From NCBI GenBank assembly GCA_902619265.1, contig CACNDL010000003.1:575-64574 (forward strand): DNA of 64,000 nt, given 5' to 3'. This document shows, piece after piece, positions 55,829 to 64,000 of this stretch. The notes beneath the pieces were generated by a model that worked only from the letters and a program-made list of their open reading frames with translations, did not search any database and was not told the origin of the DNA. This DNA comes from an uncultured SAR86 cluster bacterium (GTDB lineage: Bacteria > Pseudomonadota > Gammaproteobacteria > Magnimaribacterales > TMED112). The translations under genes and the position numbers were made by a program. The first letter of the stretch is position 1; each line of letters starts with the position of its first letter.

Positions 55829-56603
55829 GTTCTTCGTTCAGTTAGAATATGACGGCAGTAGATATCATGGCTTTCAAAAACAGCCCAAAACTTCAAAGAC
55901 GATTCAATATCATCTCGATAGAGCTTTAACTAAGGTCGCTAACCATAAAATTTCAACTATTTGTTGTGGTAGAACTGATGCAGGTGTTCATGCATTCAAT
56001 CAATTTGTTCATTTTGATACCAATTCAACAAGAAAAATTGATTCTTGGGTAAAAGGTACAAATGCAAATTTACCAGACGATATCGTTGTTAAAAATTTTT
56101 TCAAAGTAGATACAAATTATCATGCTAGATTTGACGCAACTTCTCGGGAATACCTCTATGTAATAAAAAATGCAAATACTCCTCCTGCTATAGGGTTTAA
56201 CAATTATTTATGGATCAAAAAATCGTTAAATATTGAGAAAATGAACAAGGCAGCAAAACACCTCATTGGAGAGAAAGATTTTTCAGCATTTAGAGCTTCA
56301 GGATGCCAGTCTAAATCGCCAATTAGAGAGATTACAAAAGCAAAAATCGTTAGAAAGGGAGAATATGTATACTTCGTTATTAAGGGAAATGCTTTTATGT
56401 TGAATATGGTCAGAATAATTACAGGAACTTTGTTGGATGTAGGGACAAATAAAAAAAATATTTCAGATTTCAAAGAAATCATAAAGCAAAAAAATCGAAA
56501 AAAAGCAGGAAAAACTATATCTCCAAAAGGATTGTATTTTCTTGGACCAGAGTATAATGAGCTAAATTATATAAAAGAGGGAATTTTAAATGAACTGGAT
56601 TAA
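55821..56603 (+). CDS. truA: tRNA pseudouridine(38-40) synthase
   Basis: YDGSRYHGFQ and the catalytic-Asp motif CGRTDAGVHA. Confidence 0.92.
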   Translation: MNRFFVQLEYDGSRYHGFQKQPKTSKTIQYHLDRALTKVANHKISTICCGRTDAGVHAFNQFVHFDTNSTRKIDSWVKGTNANLPDDIVVKNFFKVDTNYHARFDATSREYLYVIKNANTPPAIGFNNYLWIKKSLNIEKMNKAAKHLIGEKDFSAFRASGCQSKSPIREITKAKIVRKGEYVYFVIKGNAFMLNMVRIITGTLLDVGTNKKNISDFKEIIKQKNRKKAGKTISPKGLYFLGPEYNELNYIKEGILNELD

Positions 56604-57450
56604 AGACTTTATCCCAACAATGAAGAGAAACCTTTCTCAGACATTTGGTGGAGAGAAAGACAGCAAAATACCTGAAGGTTTGTGGAGGTCATGTGATGCA
56701 TGTGGCTCTATTCTTTATATTCCAGAGCTAAAAAAGAATTCTTACGTCTGTTCTAAATGTTCTCATCATTTCAAAATTAACGTAAAAGAAAGGATCGAGA
56801 TTACATTCGATCAAGGAACATACAAAGATCTAAATAAAACTGAAGCTTTCAAAGACTATTTAAAATTTAAAGATACCAAAAAATATAAAGACAGATTTCA
56901 AGAGGCGCAAAATAAAACTGAGTCTGATGAAGCGCTTTCAATTGGAGTTGGAATGATTAAAGGAAAAAAAGTTGTAACTGCAATCTTTGAATTTGATTTT
57001 TTAGGTGGTTCTATGGGTGCAGTTGTTGGTAAAAGGTTTGCTGCAGCTGTTGATTATGCAGTTGAAAATAGTCACCCATTATTAGTTTTTTCAACTAGTG
57101 GTGGAGCAAGAATGCAAGAATCGATGATTTCTCTTTTTCAAATGGGAAAGACAGCAGCAGCAGTAAAAAAATTAAAAAACAAAAAATTGCCTTTTATTTC
57201 AGTCCTGGTTGATCCTTGTTATGGCGGTGTTACTGCTAGTTTAGCTATGCTAGGGGATCTCATATTAGCTGAACCAAAAGCAAGAATCGGATTTTCTGGC
57301 AAAAGGGTTATACAAGATACTGTTAAGGAAGATTTACCAAAAGATTTCCAAACCGCTGAAACTCAATTAGAGAATGGTTTTGTAGATAAAATCATTGATA
57401 GAAAAAATTTTAGAGAATTCGTAGATAAAATTCTTACAATGTTGCAGTAA
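56590..57450 (+). CDS. accD: Acetyl-CoA carboxylase carboxyltransferase beta subunit
   Basis: Zinc ribbon CDACGS...CSKCSHH, GGSMG and GGARMQE motifs. Confidence 0.93.
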   Translation: MNWIKDFIPTMKRNLSQTFGGEKDSKIPEGLWRSCDACGSILYIPELKKNSYVCSKCSHHFKINVKERIEITFDQGTYKDLNKTEAFKDYLKFKDTKKYKDRFQEAQNKTESDEALSIGVGMIKGKKVVTAIFEFDFLGGSMGAVVGKRFAAAVDYAVENSHPLLVFSTSGGARMQESMISLFQMGKTAAAVKKLKNKKLPFISVLVDPCYGGVTASLAMLGDLILAEPKARIGFSGKRVIQDTVKEDLPKDFQTAETQLENGFVDKIIDRKNFREFVDKILTMLQ

Positions 57451-57909
57451 ATGAGAGAACTAGTTAAATATCTCCTCGGAATCATTATCATCTTAACTAT
57501 TATTTATACGATTTTTATTAGCTATAACGTCTTTGTTTTTATAAACTCCGATGAATCTAAAATTACTATCGAAGATTATTCTGAAAGTGTGAATTTAGTG
57601 AGTGAGGACCGTGAAGCTTTAGAAGAGTTGTTCAATTCAGAAAATCTAAAAAATTCGTCGAATAATATCAATATAAACTATGATGGCACACCAATTACTT
57701 GGGTATTAAAAGTTGAAAAAGCGCTTTTAGAAACTTCTTATGATGTACTCGAAGATGAATTGCTGAGGAATAGCTTTATCTCACTGGAGGATGGTGATTT
57801 CATTTTGATTGGCCCATATATAGACCGATCGCAATTGCTCTTGGCACAAGACTATTTAAACGAAAGATATGGGAAAGCACTTGGCGTAATAGAGAAATGG
57901 CAAATTTAA
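57451..57909 (+). CDS. Hypothetical membrane-anchored protein, possible SPOR-domain (DedD-like)
   Basis: N-terminal TM segment. C-terminal FILIGPYIDRSQLLLAQDYLNERYG resembles a SPOR beta-alpha unit. Sits where dedD lies in the enterobacterial accD-folC-dedD-cvpA-purF arrangement. Confidence 0.3.
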   Translation: MRELVKYLLGIIIILTIIYTIFISYNVFVFINSDESKITIEDYSESVNLVSEDREALEELFNSENLKNSSNNININYDGTPITWVLKVEKALLETSYDVLEDELLRNSFISLEDGDFILIGPYIDRSQLLLAQDYLNERYGKALGVIEKWQI

Positions 57910-58361
57910 ATTTTAGTATTCTTGATTTACTTCTTTTTACTGGTCTAATTTTGCTTTTTTTTAGGGTGAAAAATAATGGCTTTCTCAAAGAGTTAGTTTT
58001 TATTTCAATCCTTTTCACATACTGCTATTTGACCTTAAACAATTTAAAAACTGTTTATGATTATTTTGATGATGAAGGTTTTGATTATGCCCAATCGATT
58101 TATAACGTTTTCTTAGGTCTTTTTGCTTGTGCAGGCTTACCTTTCGTTAACTTTTTCACAGGGCTCTATATTCCTAAACACAAGGGAGTCGTAAACATTA
58201 CCTTAGGCTGTATTATTGCAATAGTACGATTCTTACTATTAATTTTCTTTATTCTGCAACTTTTCCCAACTTTTACTGATACAACTTTGGTTAAAAATTC
58301 ATTTGTTGTTAATATCATACTTTCTTATTTTGAAAATATTTTTATTTACCTATTAAGCTAA
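57897..58361 (+). CDS. cvpA: Colicin V production protein family membrane protein
   Basis: 154 aa, 4 TM segments. N-terminal LDLLLFTGLILLFFRVKNNGFLKEL pattern like CvpA. Immediately upstream of purF, as in many Gammaproteobacteria. Confidence 0.65.
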   Translation: MANLNFSILDLLLFTGLILLFFRVKNNGFLKELVFISILFTYCYLTLNNLKTVYDYFDDEGFDYAQSIYNVFLGLFACAGLPFVNFFTGLYIPKHKGVVNITLGCIIAIVRFLLLIFFILQLFPTFTDTTLVKNSFVVNIILSYFENIFIYLLS

Positions 58362-59809
58362 TGTGTGGCATTGTTGGAATCGTTCAAAAAGATGATTGTT
58401 TTACTGATCTCTATGATTCATTAATAATGCTACAGCATCGAGGTCAAGATGCTGCTGGTATGACTATTTGTAAAAATGGAAAACTGTCTTCACGTAAAGC
58501 AAAAGGTTTGGTCAAAGAAGTCTTCAATCAACAACATTTTGAAAGATTAAAAGGCAATTATGGTATTGGTCATGTTCGTTATCCAACTGCAGGAGGAAAC
58601 TCCAAAGAATATGCTCAGCCAATGTATGTAAATTCACCTTACGGTATTTCACTAGCCCATAATGGCAACCTTTCGAATACTGAAGAGCTTGCTGAAGAAC
58701 TATTTCACAGTGATTTACGCCATATTTCAACTGATTCAGACTCAGAGGTCCTCTTAAATATTTTGGCACATGAAATATCAAAAAGAGGAGAAAATGAACC
58801 TAGTCCAGATACTTTTTTTGACGCTGTTGAAAGCACATTCAAGAGATGTGAAGGAAGTATTAACGTGGTTTCAATTGTTACTGATTATGGCTTGCTGGCC
58901 TTCAGAGATAAATTAGGCATAAGACCATTGTCCATTGGTTCAAGGGTTAATAGTGATGGCGGCAAAGATTACATGGTTTCTTCTGAAAGCTGCGCTTTCG
59001 CCTCATCAAGCTATGAGCTTGAAAGGGACGTAATGCCTGGTGAAGCTATTTTCATCTCCTTCGATGGAGAGATATATTCTAGGATATGTGCAGAAGATGC
59101 GTCTTTAAATCCATGTTTATTTGAGTATGTATACTTTGCCAGGCCAGATTCGATCATTGATGGTGTTAGTGTGTATCAAGCAAGACAGTTAATGGGAGAA
59201 AAATTAGCAGAAAAAATAAAACAACAGATACCAGATGAGGATATTGATGTGGTTATACCTATACCTGAGAGCTCGATTACAAGTGGGACGAAAGTAGCTC
59301 GAACATTAAATAAGGACTTAGCTTATGGTTTTGTAAAGAACAGGTACGTTGGTAGAACATTTATTATGCCTGAGCAAACCCTCCGTAAAGAATCTGTTCG
59401 AAGAAAATTAAATCCAATATCAGATGAATTTAAAGGTAAGAAAGTTCTTCTTGTTGACGATTCAATAGTAAGAGGCACGACTATGAAGCAAATAGTGTCA
59501 ATGTGCTATAAAGCTGGAGCTAAAAAAGTATCAGTTGCTTCGGCTGCAGCAGAAGTAAAATTTCCAAACGTCTACGGGATCGATATGGCAGCAAAGAAAG
59601 ATCTAATTGCCAGCTCAAGGACTAATGATGAAATAAAAGAATTTCTTGGTTGTGATCATCTGGTTTATCAATCACTTGATGATATGGTCAAATCTGTGAT
59701 TGAGCTTAATTCTGATATTGGCGACGTGGAAAAATCCATTTTTGATGGCAACTATCCTACAAATATTTCTACGGAATATTTAGAAAATCTTGAAAAAATC
59801 CGAGGGTAG
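58361..59809 (+). CDS. purF: Amidophosphoribosyltransferase
   Basis: MCGIVGI Ntn nucleophile, and PRPP-binding loop VLLVDDSIVRGTT. Confidence 0.95.
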   Translation: MCGIVGIVQKDDCFTDLYDSLIMLQHRGQDAAGMTICKNGKLSSRKAKGLVKEVFNQQHFERLKGNYGIGHVRYPTAGGNSKEYAQPMYVNSPYGISLAHNGNLSNTEELAEELFHSDLRHISTDSDSEVLLNILAHEISKRGENEPSPDTFFDAVESTFKRCEGSINVVSIVTDYGLLAFRDKLGIRPLSIGSRVNSDGGKDYMVSSESCAFASSSYELERDVMPGEAIFISFDGEIYSRICAEDASLNPCLFEYVYFARPDSIIDGVSVYQARQLMGEKLAEKIKQQIPDEDIDVVIPIPESSITSGTKVARTLNKDLAYGFVKNRYVGRTFIMPEQTLRKESVRRKLNPISDEFKGKKVLLVDDSIVRGTTMKQIVSMCYKAGAKKVSVASAAAEVKFPNVYGIDMAAKKDLIASSRTNDEIKEFLGCDHLVYQSLDDMVKSVIELNSDIGDVEKSIFDGNYPTNISTEYLENLEKIRG

Positions 59810-59810
59810 T

Positions 59811-62390
59811 TTAATTTTTTATTTCTTCAATATCTAAATGAGAAATATCCATTTCTCTAACTTTTTTTAGATATTCCTCAATTTCGTTAAAGTTCATATA
59901 TCTAAAGACATCCTTAGACATTGTATTTAAATCTTCCATATACTCTTTGTATTCTGCAACAGTTGGTATTTTCCCTAAAAGTGAGGAGATTGCTGTGACT
60001 TCTGAAGAGGCTAAATAGACGTTACATCCATCGCCCATTCTATTTGGAAAGTTTCTGGTAGAGGTTGAGACCATAGTTGTGTTATCTGCTGCTCGTGCTT
60101 GGTTACCCATACATAAGGAGCATCCAGGAATTTCAACTCGAGCTTTTGATCCATTGAATATCTCATAGTATCCTTCTTGTTTTAACTGATACTCATCCAT
60201 TCTAGTTGGAGGCACGACCCATAATCTCGTTTTTGATTCTCCGTATTTATCTAATAGCTTTCCAGCTGCACGAAAATGGCCGATATTGGTCATGCATGAA
60301 CCAATAAAAGTTTCATCTACTTTATCTCCAGCAACATCTGAAAGTTTTTTTACATCATCTGGATCGTTTGGACAGCATAAAAGTGGTTCTGTAATTTCCT
60401 CTAATGGGATATCAATCACCGCTGCATATTCAGCGTCTTTATCTGCTTCCATTAGTTCAGGATTTTTAATCCATTCTTCCATTTCTCTCGCTCTCCTTTC
60501 TAAGGTTTTTGGATCATGGTAGCCGTCTGATATCATCCAACGCAGCAAAGTAATATTCGATTTTAAATATTCAATAATAGGTTCTTTATCTAATTTAACA
60601 GTACAGCCTGAAGCAGATCTTTCAGCAGAGGCATCAGATAATTCAAAGGCTTGTTCAATTTTTAAATCAGGCAAGCCCTCTATTTCAAGACATCTACCTG
60701 AGAAAATATTTTTTTTATTCTTTTTATCCAATGTAAGCAGACCATCTTGCATAGCATAGTAAGGTATTGCATGAACAAGATCTCTGATTGTAATTCCTGG
60801 ATTCAATTTACCTGAAAATCGTACTAGGACACTCTCAGGCATTTCTAAAGGCATCACTCCAAGAGTAGCGGCAAAAGCAACCATGCCTGAACCCGCTGGG
60901 AAACTTATACCGATTGGAAACCTTGTATGGCTATCGCCACCAGTTCCAACTGTATCAGGCAGTAACATTCTATTTAACCAGGAATGAATAATACCGTCAC
61001 CCGGTCTAAGAGATACTCCACCTCTATTAATAAAAAAATCTGGTAGAGTTCTATGAGTTACTTCGTCAACTGGTTTAGGGTATGCAGCCGTATGACAGAA
61101 CGATTGCATAACTAGATCAGAAGAAAATCCTAAACATGCAAGCTCTTTTAACTCATCTCTTGTCATTGGTCCCGTAGTATCTTGTGAACCCACGGTAGTC
61201 ATTCGAGGCTCACAATATTGTCCAGCTCGAACACCTATCATTCCGCAAGCTTTGCCAACCATTTTTTGTGCAAGAGTATAGCCCTTAGCATTCTTTTCGT
61301 TATCGCCATATCTTTGAAAAACATCTGATGGCTCCAAGTTTAATTTTTCTCTTGTTTTATCTGTTAATTGACGCCCAATAATTAGATTTATTCTTCCACC
61401 TGCTCGAATCTCATCAAACATTACATTGCTCTTAAGTTCAAATATAGCAATAATTTCATTTGAAGAAGCATCTAGTATTTGACCTTCATATGGCTTGAGA
61501 ATAATTTTTCGTCCATGCTCAAGAGCATCCACATCCAATTCAATTGGAAAAGCACCTGAATCTTGCAATGTATTATAAAAAATAGGAGCAATTTTATTTC
61601 CAAAACAAAAACCACCAGTTTTCTTAGCTGGAACAAATGGAATTTCATCTCCCATATGCCATAGCATGGAATTAGCTGCAGATTTTCTTGATGATCCTGT
61701 TCCTACTACATCACCAACAAAAGCTAGTTTTGAGCCATCTGCTTTTAATTCTGATAATTTTTCTAGGGGATCAGTAATATTCTCTGACCATTTAAGGAAA
61801 GCTTGTGCATGCAATGGAATATCTGGTCTAGACCAAGCTTCTTTTGCTGGCGAAAAATCATCTGTATTTGTTTCTCCGCTGACTTTATAAACAGTTAATG
61901 CTATTTCTTTTTCTAATTTAGGCTTATTTAAAAACCAATCTGCATTAGCCCATGAATTTATAATTTCTTCTGCATGTATGTTTTCATTTTTTAAATCAAA
62001 AATATCATTGAAAGAGTCATAAACAAGAATTGTATTTTTTAATGCCGAAGCAACCTCTGCTCCAAATTTATTTTCCTTTAAAACAGCAACCAAGGCTTCC
62101 ACAGAATAACCACCAAGCATAGTACCCAACATTTGTATCGCTTTTTGAGGTGTTATTAAATTCGTTGAAATTTGCTCTAGTGCTAGATCTTTTAAAAACG
62201 CAGCCTTGACGTAAGCAGCCTCATCAACGCCTGGCGGTACCTCATTTTCTAGAAGCAATAAAAGCTCATCAGAACCTTCTCCCTTTTCGAATATATCTGC
62301 TATTGCTTGAACTTGTTCTGCATTCAAGGGCAGAGGAGGGAGGCCTTGCTCTCTTCTTTTTTCCTTCTCTTTGTAATACCCTTCTAACAT
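59811..62390 (-). CDS. acnB: Aconitate hydratase 2 / 2-methylisocitrate dehydratase
   Basis: MLEGYYKEKEKRREQGLPPLPLNAEQ start typical of AcnB (HEAT-like N-terminal domain), and Fe-S Cys motifs (GSCMTN, PGCSLCMGNQ). Start set at ATG 62390. Confidence 0.95.
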   Translation of the reverse strand: MLEGYYKEKEKRREQGLPPLPLNAEQVQAIADIFEKGEGSDELLLLLENEVPPGVDEAAYVKAAFLKDLALEQISTNLITPQKAIQMLGTMLGGYSVEALVAVLKENKFGAEVASALKNTILVYDSFNDIFDLKNENIHAEEIINSWANADWFLNKPKLEKEIALTVYKVSGETNTDDFSPAKEAWSRPDIPLHAQAFLKWSENITDPLEKLSELKADGSKLAFVGDVVGTGSSRKSAANSMLWHMGDEIPFVPAKKTGGFCFGNKIAPIFYNTLQDSGAFPIELDVDALEHGRKIILKPYEGQILDASSNEIIAIFELKSNVMFDEIRAGGRINLIIGRQLTDKTREKLNLEPSDVFQRYGDNEKNAKGYTLAQKMVGKACGMIGVRAGQYCEPRMTTVGSQDTTGPMTRDELKELACLGFSSDLVMQSFCHTAAYPKPVDEVTHRTLPDFFINRGGVSLRPGDGIIHSWLNRMLLPDTVGTGGDSHTRFPIGISFPAGSGMVAFAATLGVMPLEMPESVLVRFSGKLNPGITIRDLVHAIPYYAMQDGLLTLDKKNKKNIFSGRCLEIEGLPDLKIEQAFELSDASAERSASGCTVKLDKEPIIEYLKSNITLLRWMISDGYHDPKTLERRAREMEEWIKNPELMEADKDAEYAAVIDIPLEEITEPLLCCPNDPDDVKKLSDVAGDKVDETFIGSCMTNIGHFRAAGKLLDKYGESKTRLWVVPPTRMDEYQLKQEGYYEIFNGSKARVEIPGCSLCMGNQARAADNTTMVSTSTRNFPNRMGDGCNVYLASSEVTAISSLLGKIPTVAEYKEYMEDLNTMSKDVFRYMNFNEIEEYLKKVREMDISHLDIEEIKN

Positions 62391-62454
62391 AACCAAAAAT
62401 TTGATCTAGATTTTACATCTAAGTACTCTAAATATAAAGAAAGAGAAATTTTTA

Positions 62455-62913
62455 ATGGAAGATAAGATAATAAAAAGAACCCCATGCATCGGAGTATGCT
62501 CAACTACTTATGGAGATGATATTTGTCGAGGCTGTAGAAGATTTAGACATGAGATTACGTCATGGATAAATTACTCTGATTTAGAAAAAAATATAATTAA
62601 TAGAAGGCTAGAAAAATTCAAGATTATTGTTTTAGAAGAAAAATTTCTTGTTACAGATTTAGATAAGTTTAAAGAAGCACTCAACCAAGCAAAGATAAGG
62701 TTTAATCAAGACCTAGAACCTATATGTTGGATATTCGACCTTTTCAGATCTTTAAATACTGAAGACCTTGATGTGAAAGATTTTGGCTTAGAAGTTAAAA
62801 AAGACTTTGTTGCAACCCCTTTGCCTCAACTCAAAGAAGACATAAATAAAGAATTTTACGAATTGTCACTTGCGCATTATCAAAGATACATACAGCCAAG
62901 CTTCTTCACTTAG
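62455..62913 (+). CDS. DUF1289-domain protein (predicted Fe-S/Cys-rich)
   Basis: N-terminal PCIGVCSTTYGDDICRGCRRFRHEITSW matches the C-x-x-x-C...C-x-G-C-x-R...W DUF1289 signature. Confidence 0.6.
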   Translation: MEDKIIKRTPCIGVCSTTYGDDICRGCRRFRHEITSWINYSDLEKNIINRRLEKFKIIVLEEKFLVTDLDKFKEALNQAKIRFNQDLEPICWIFDLFRSLNTEDLDVKDFGLEVKKDFVATPLPQLKEDINKEFYELSLAHYQRYIQPSFFT

Positions 62914-64000
62914 TTATCGGAATCTCTTCAATTTTTGTTGTATATCTTTTTGATTTAATCTCTCTTTTCATTCTCCAGGTATTGCGATAACCTTGATTGC
63001 CAAAACCTATTTTTGCTATTTCCATTAAATTAATATAATCCACGGTTTCCATTAATCTCGAAGCCATTTTTTCATCCCTTCTTTTATCAAAAAGAGACAT
63101 TTGATAGCCGTATTTATTAGTAAAATCACTCAATAATATGCCTGCTTTGGCATATTGGTAACCTTCAGCAAATATCTGATCTAATATTCGATTTGCATTC
63201 TTGATTATTATTCTCGTATCGTCTGTTGGGTGAACTAGTTCAAAAGATTTGGCAGCATAAATTTGTCTAACTCTAGTATTGAATCTATTAGACCTAATAA
63301 AGGCTGTTATTAGTCTGCATTTTTGTTTTTCATGTCTTAATTTTTCTGCAGCTCTACTAGCGTGAAAGCTAATTGCTTCACTAAGAACACTTTTTGATCG
63401 TATGCTTCTTCCAAAACTTCTACTTACCATTATTTGTTTTTTAGGTTCCATAAAATCATGTAAGGTTATGCATGATTGGCCCTTAAGCTCTCTTACTGTT
63501 CTCTCTAAAACGACATTAAAATTATCTCCGATTAATCTTGAATCTACCTGACTTAGATCATAGGCAGTTTTTATATCAATATTTTCTAATTTTGCGGTTA
63601 GTTTTCTGCCTATACCCCAAATCTTTTCGATAGGCATAGATTTTAAGAAATGTCTTATTATTCTAGGTTCAGACAGAATGACGACACCATCAAATCTTGG
63701 ATCATCTTTAGCAACTTTATTTGCTAATTTTGCAAGTGTTTTTGTTGGAGCTATGCCTATACTTACCGGTATTCCTATCCAGTCTTTAATTCTCTTTTTG
63801 CAGTCGTAAGCAAAATTTACCAAATCAATATTTTTTCTAAAAGTTCTTAGATCAAGGAATGCTTCATCTATGCTGTAAATATCAATTTCCGGGCAAAGAT
63901 CAGACAGAACATTCATAACTCTGTTGGATATATCAGCATAGAACTCGTAATTAGATGAAAAAACTACCCCACCTTTGGACAAATATTGGTCCTTAACCTG
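62906..64000 (-). CDS. umuC: Y-family translesion DNA polymerase, UmuC-like; 5' end outside the window
   Basis: The frame stays open to nt 64000. GGVVFSSNYEFYADISNRVMNVLSDLCPEIDIYSIDEAFLDL is co-linear with the E. coli UmuC region CGVVCFSSNYELYADMSNRVM...YSIDEAF. Confidence 0.85.
   Translation of the reverse strand, partial: QVKDQYLSKGGVVFSSNYEFYADISNRVMNVLSDLCPEIDIYSIDEAFLDLRTFRKNIDLVNFAYDCKKRIKDWIGIPVSIGIAPTKTLAKLANKVAKDDPRFDGVVILSEPRIIRHFLKSMPIEKIWGIGRKLTAKLENIDIKTAYDLSQVDSRLIGDNFNVVLERTVRELKGQSCITLHDFMEPKKQIMVSRSFGRSIRSKSVLSEAISFHASRAAEKLRHEKQKCRLITAFIRSNRFNTRVRQIYAAKSFELVHPTDDTRIIIKNANRILDQIFAEGYQYAKAGILLSDFTNKYGYQMSLFDKRRDEKMASRLMETVDYINLMEIAKIGFGNQGYRNTWRMKREIKSKRYTTKIEEIPITK

Noticed and set aside
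1-64000. Search by eye for tRNA/rRNA genes, CRISPR repeats, IS elements, integrases, prophage genes and long direct or inverted repeats
   Set aside because: Intergenic spacers are all under 100 nt, too short for such elements. No periodic repeat-spacer pattern and no transposase- or integrase-like translation was seen in the ORF track. A computational repeat scan would be needed to exclude short dispersed repeats.

Overview
AT-rich, extremely gene-dense bacterial chromosome segment. I call about 65 protein genes and saw no rRNA, tRNA, CRISPR array, transposase or integrase by eye. Gene content and synteny look gammaproteobacterial (aceEF, guaBA, fimV-like/truA/accD/cvpA/purF, topA, lexA, prpCD, acnB). 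Together with the compaction, this suggests a streamlined marine planktonic lineage, which is inference only. Three blocks stand out. (1) 1-9632 is a Wzy-dependent capsule/O-antigen locus: glycosyltransferases, Wzy-like polymerase, acetyltransferase, WecA-type initiating transferase, CapD/WbpM dehydratase, and wzc-wza-wzb on the minus strand. (2) Most of the rest is core metabolism, nucleotide, queuosine and DNA-repair genes, packed with overlapping starts and stops. (3) 33081-39319 is the most interesting part. It is a complete co-directional lasso-peptide (RiPP) gene cluster: PF14907-like nucleotidyltransferase, two-gene ABC-2 exporter, split B1 (PqqD-like RRE) and B2 (transglutaminase-like protease), AsnB-like cyclase, a 48-aa precursor and an HPr-kinase-like kinase. 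The precursor has a recognisable leader motif, but its predicted core does not fit canonical lasso rules. It has no Thr at -2, no Asp/Glu at core positions 7-9 if the core starts at the predicted Gly, no bulky plug residues, and no C-terminal Ser for the kinase. Secondary observations include promoter-like hexamers placed as if many first genes are leaderless, and a LexA box filling a 43-bp divergent spacer. Nine convergent junctions leave no room for terminators. There is also a doubly translationally coupled 44-codon ORF, a miniature FimV-like protein and a DUF305/LVIVD fusion coupled to DoxX. All calls rest on reading the translations and motifs. No database search was run.
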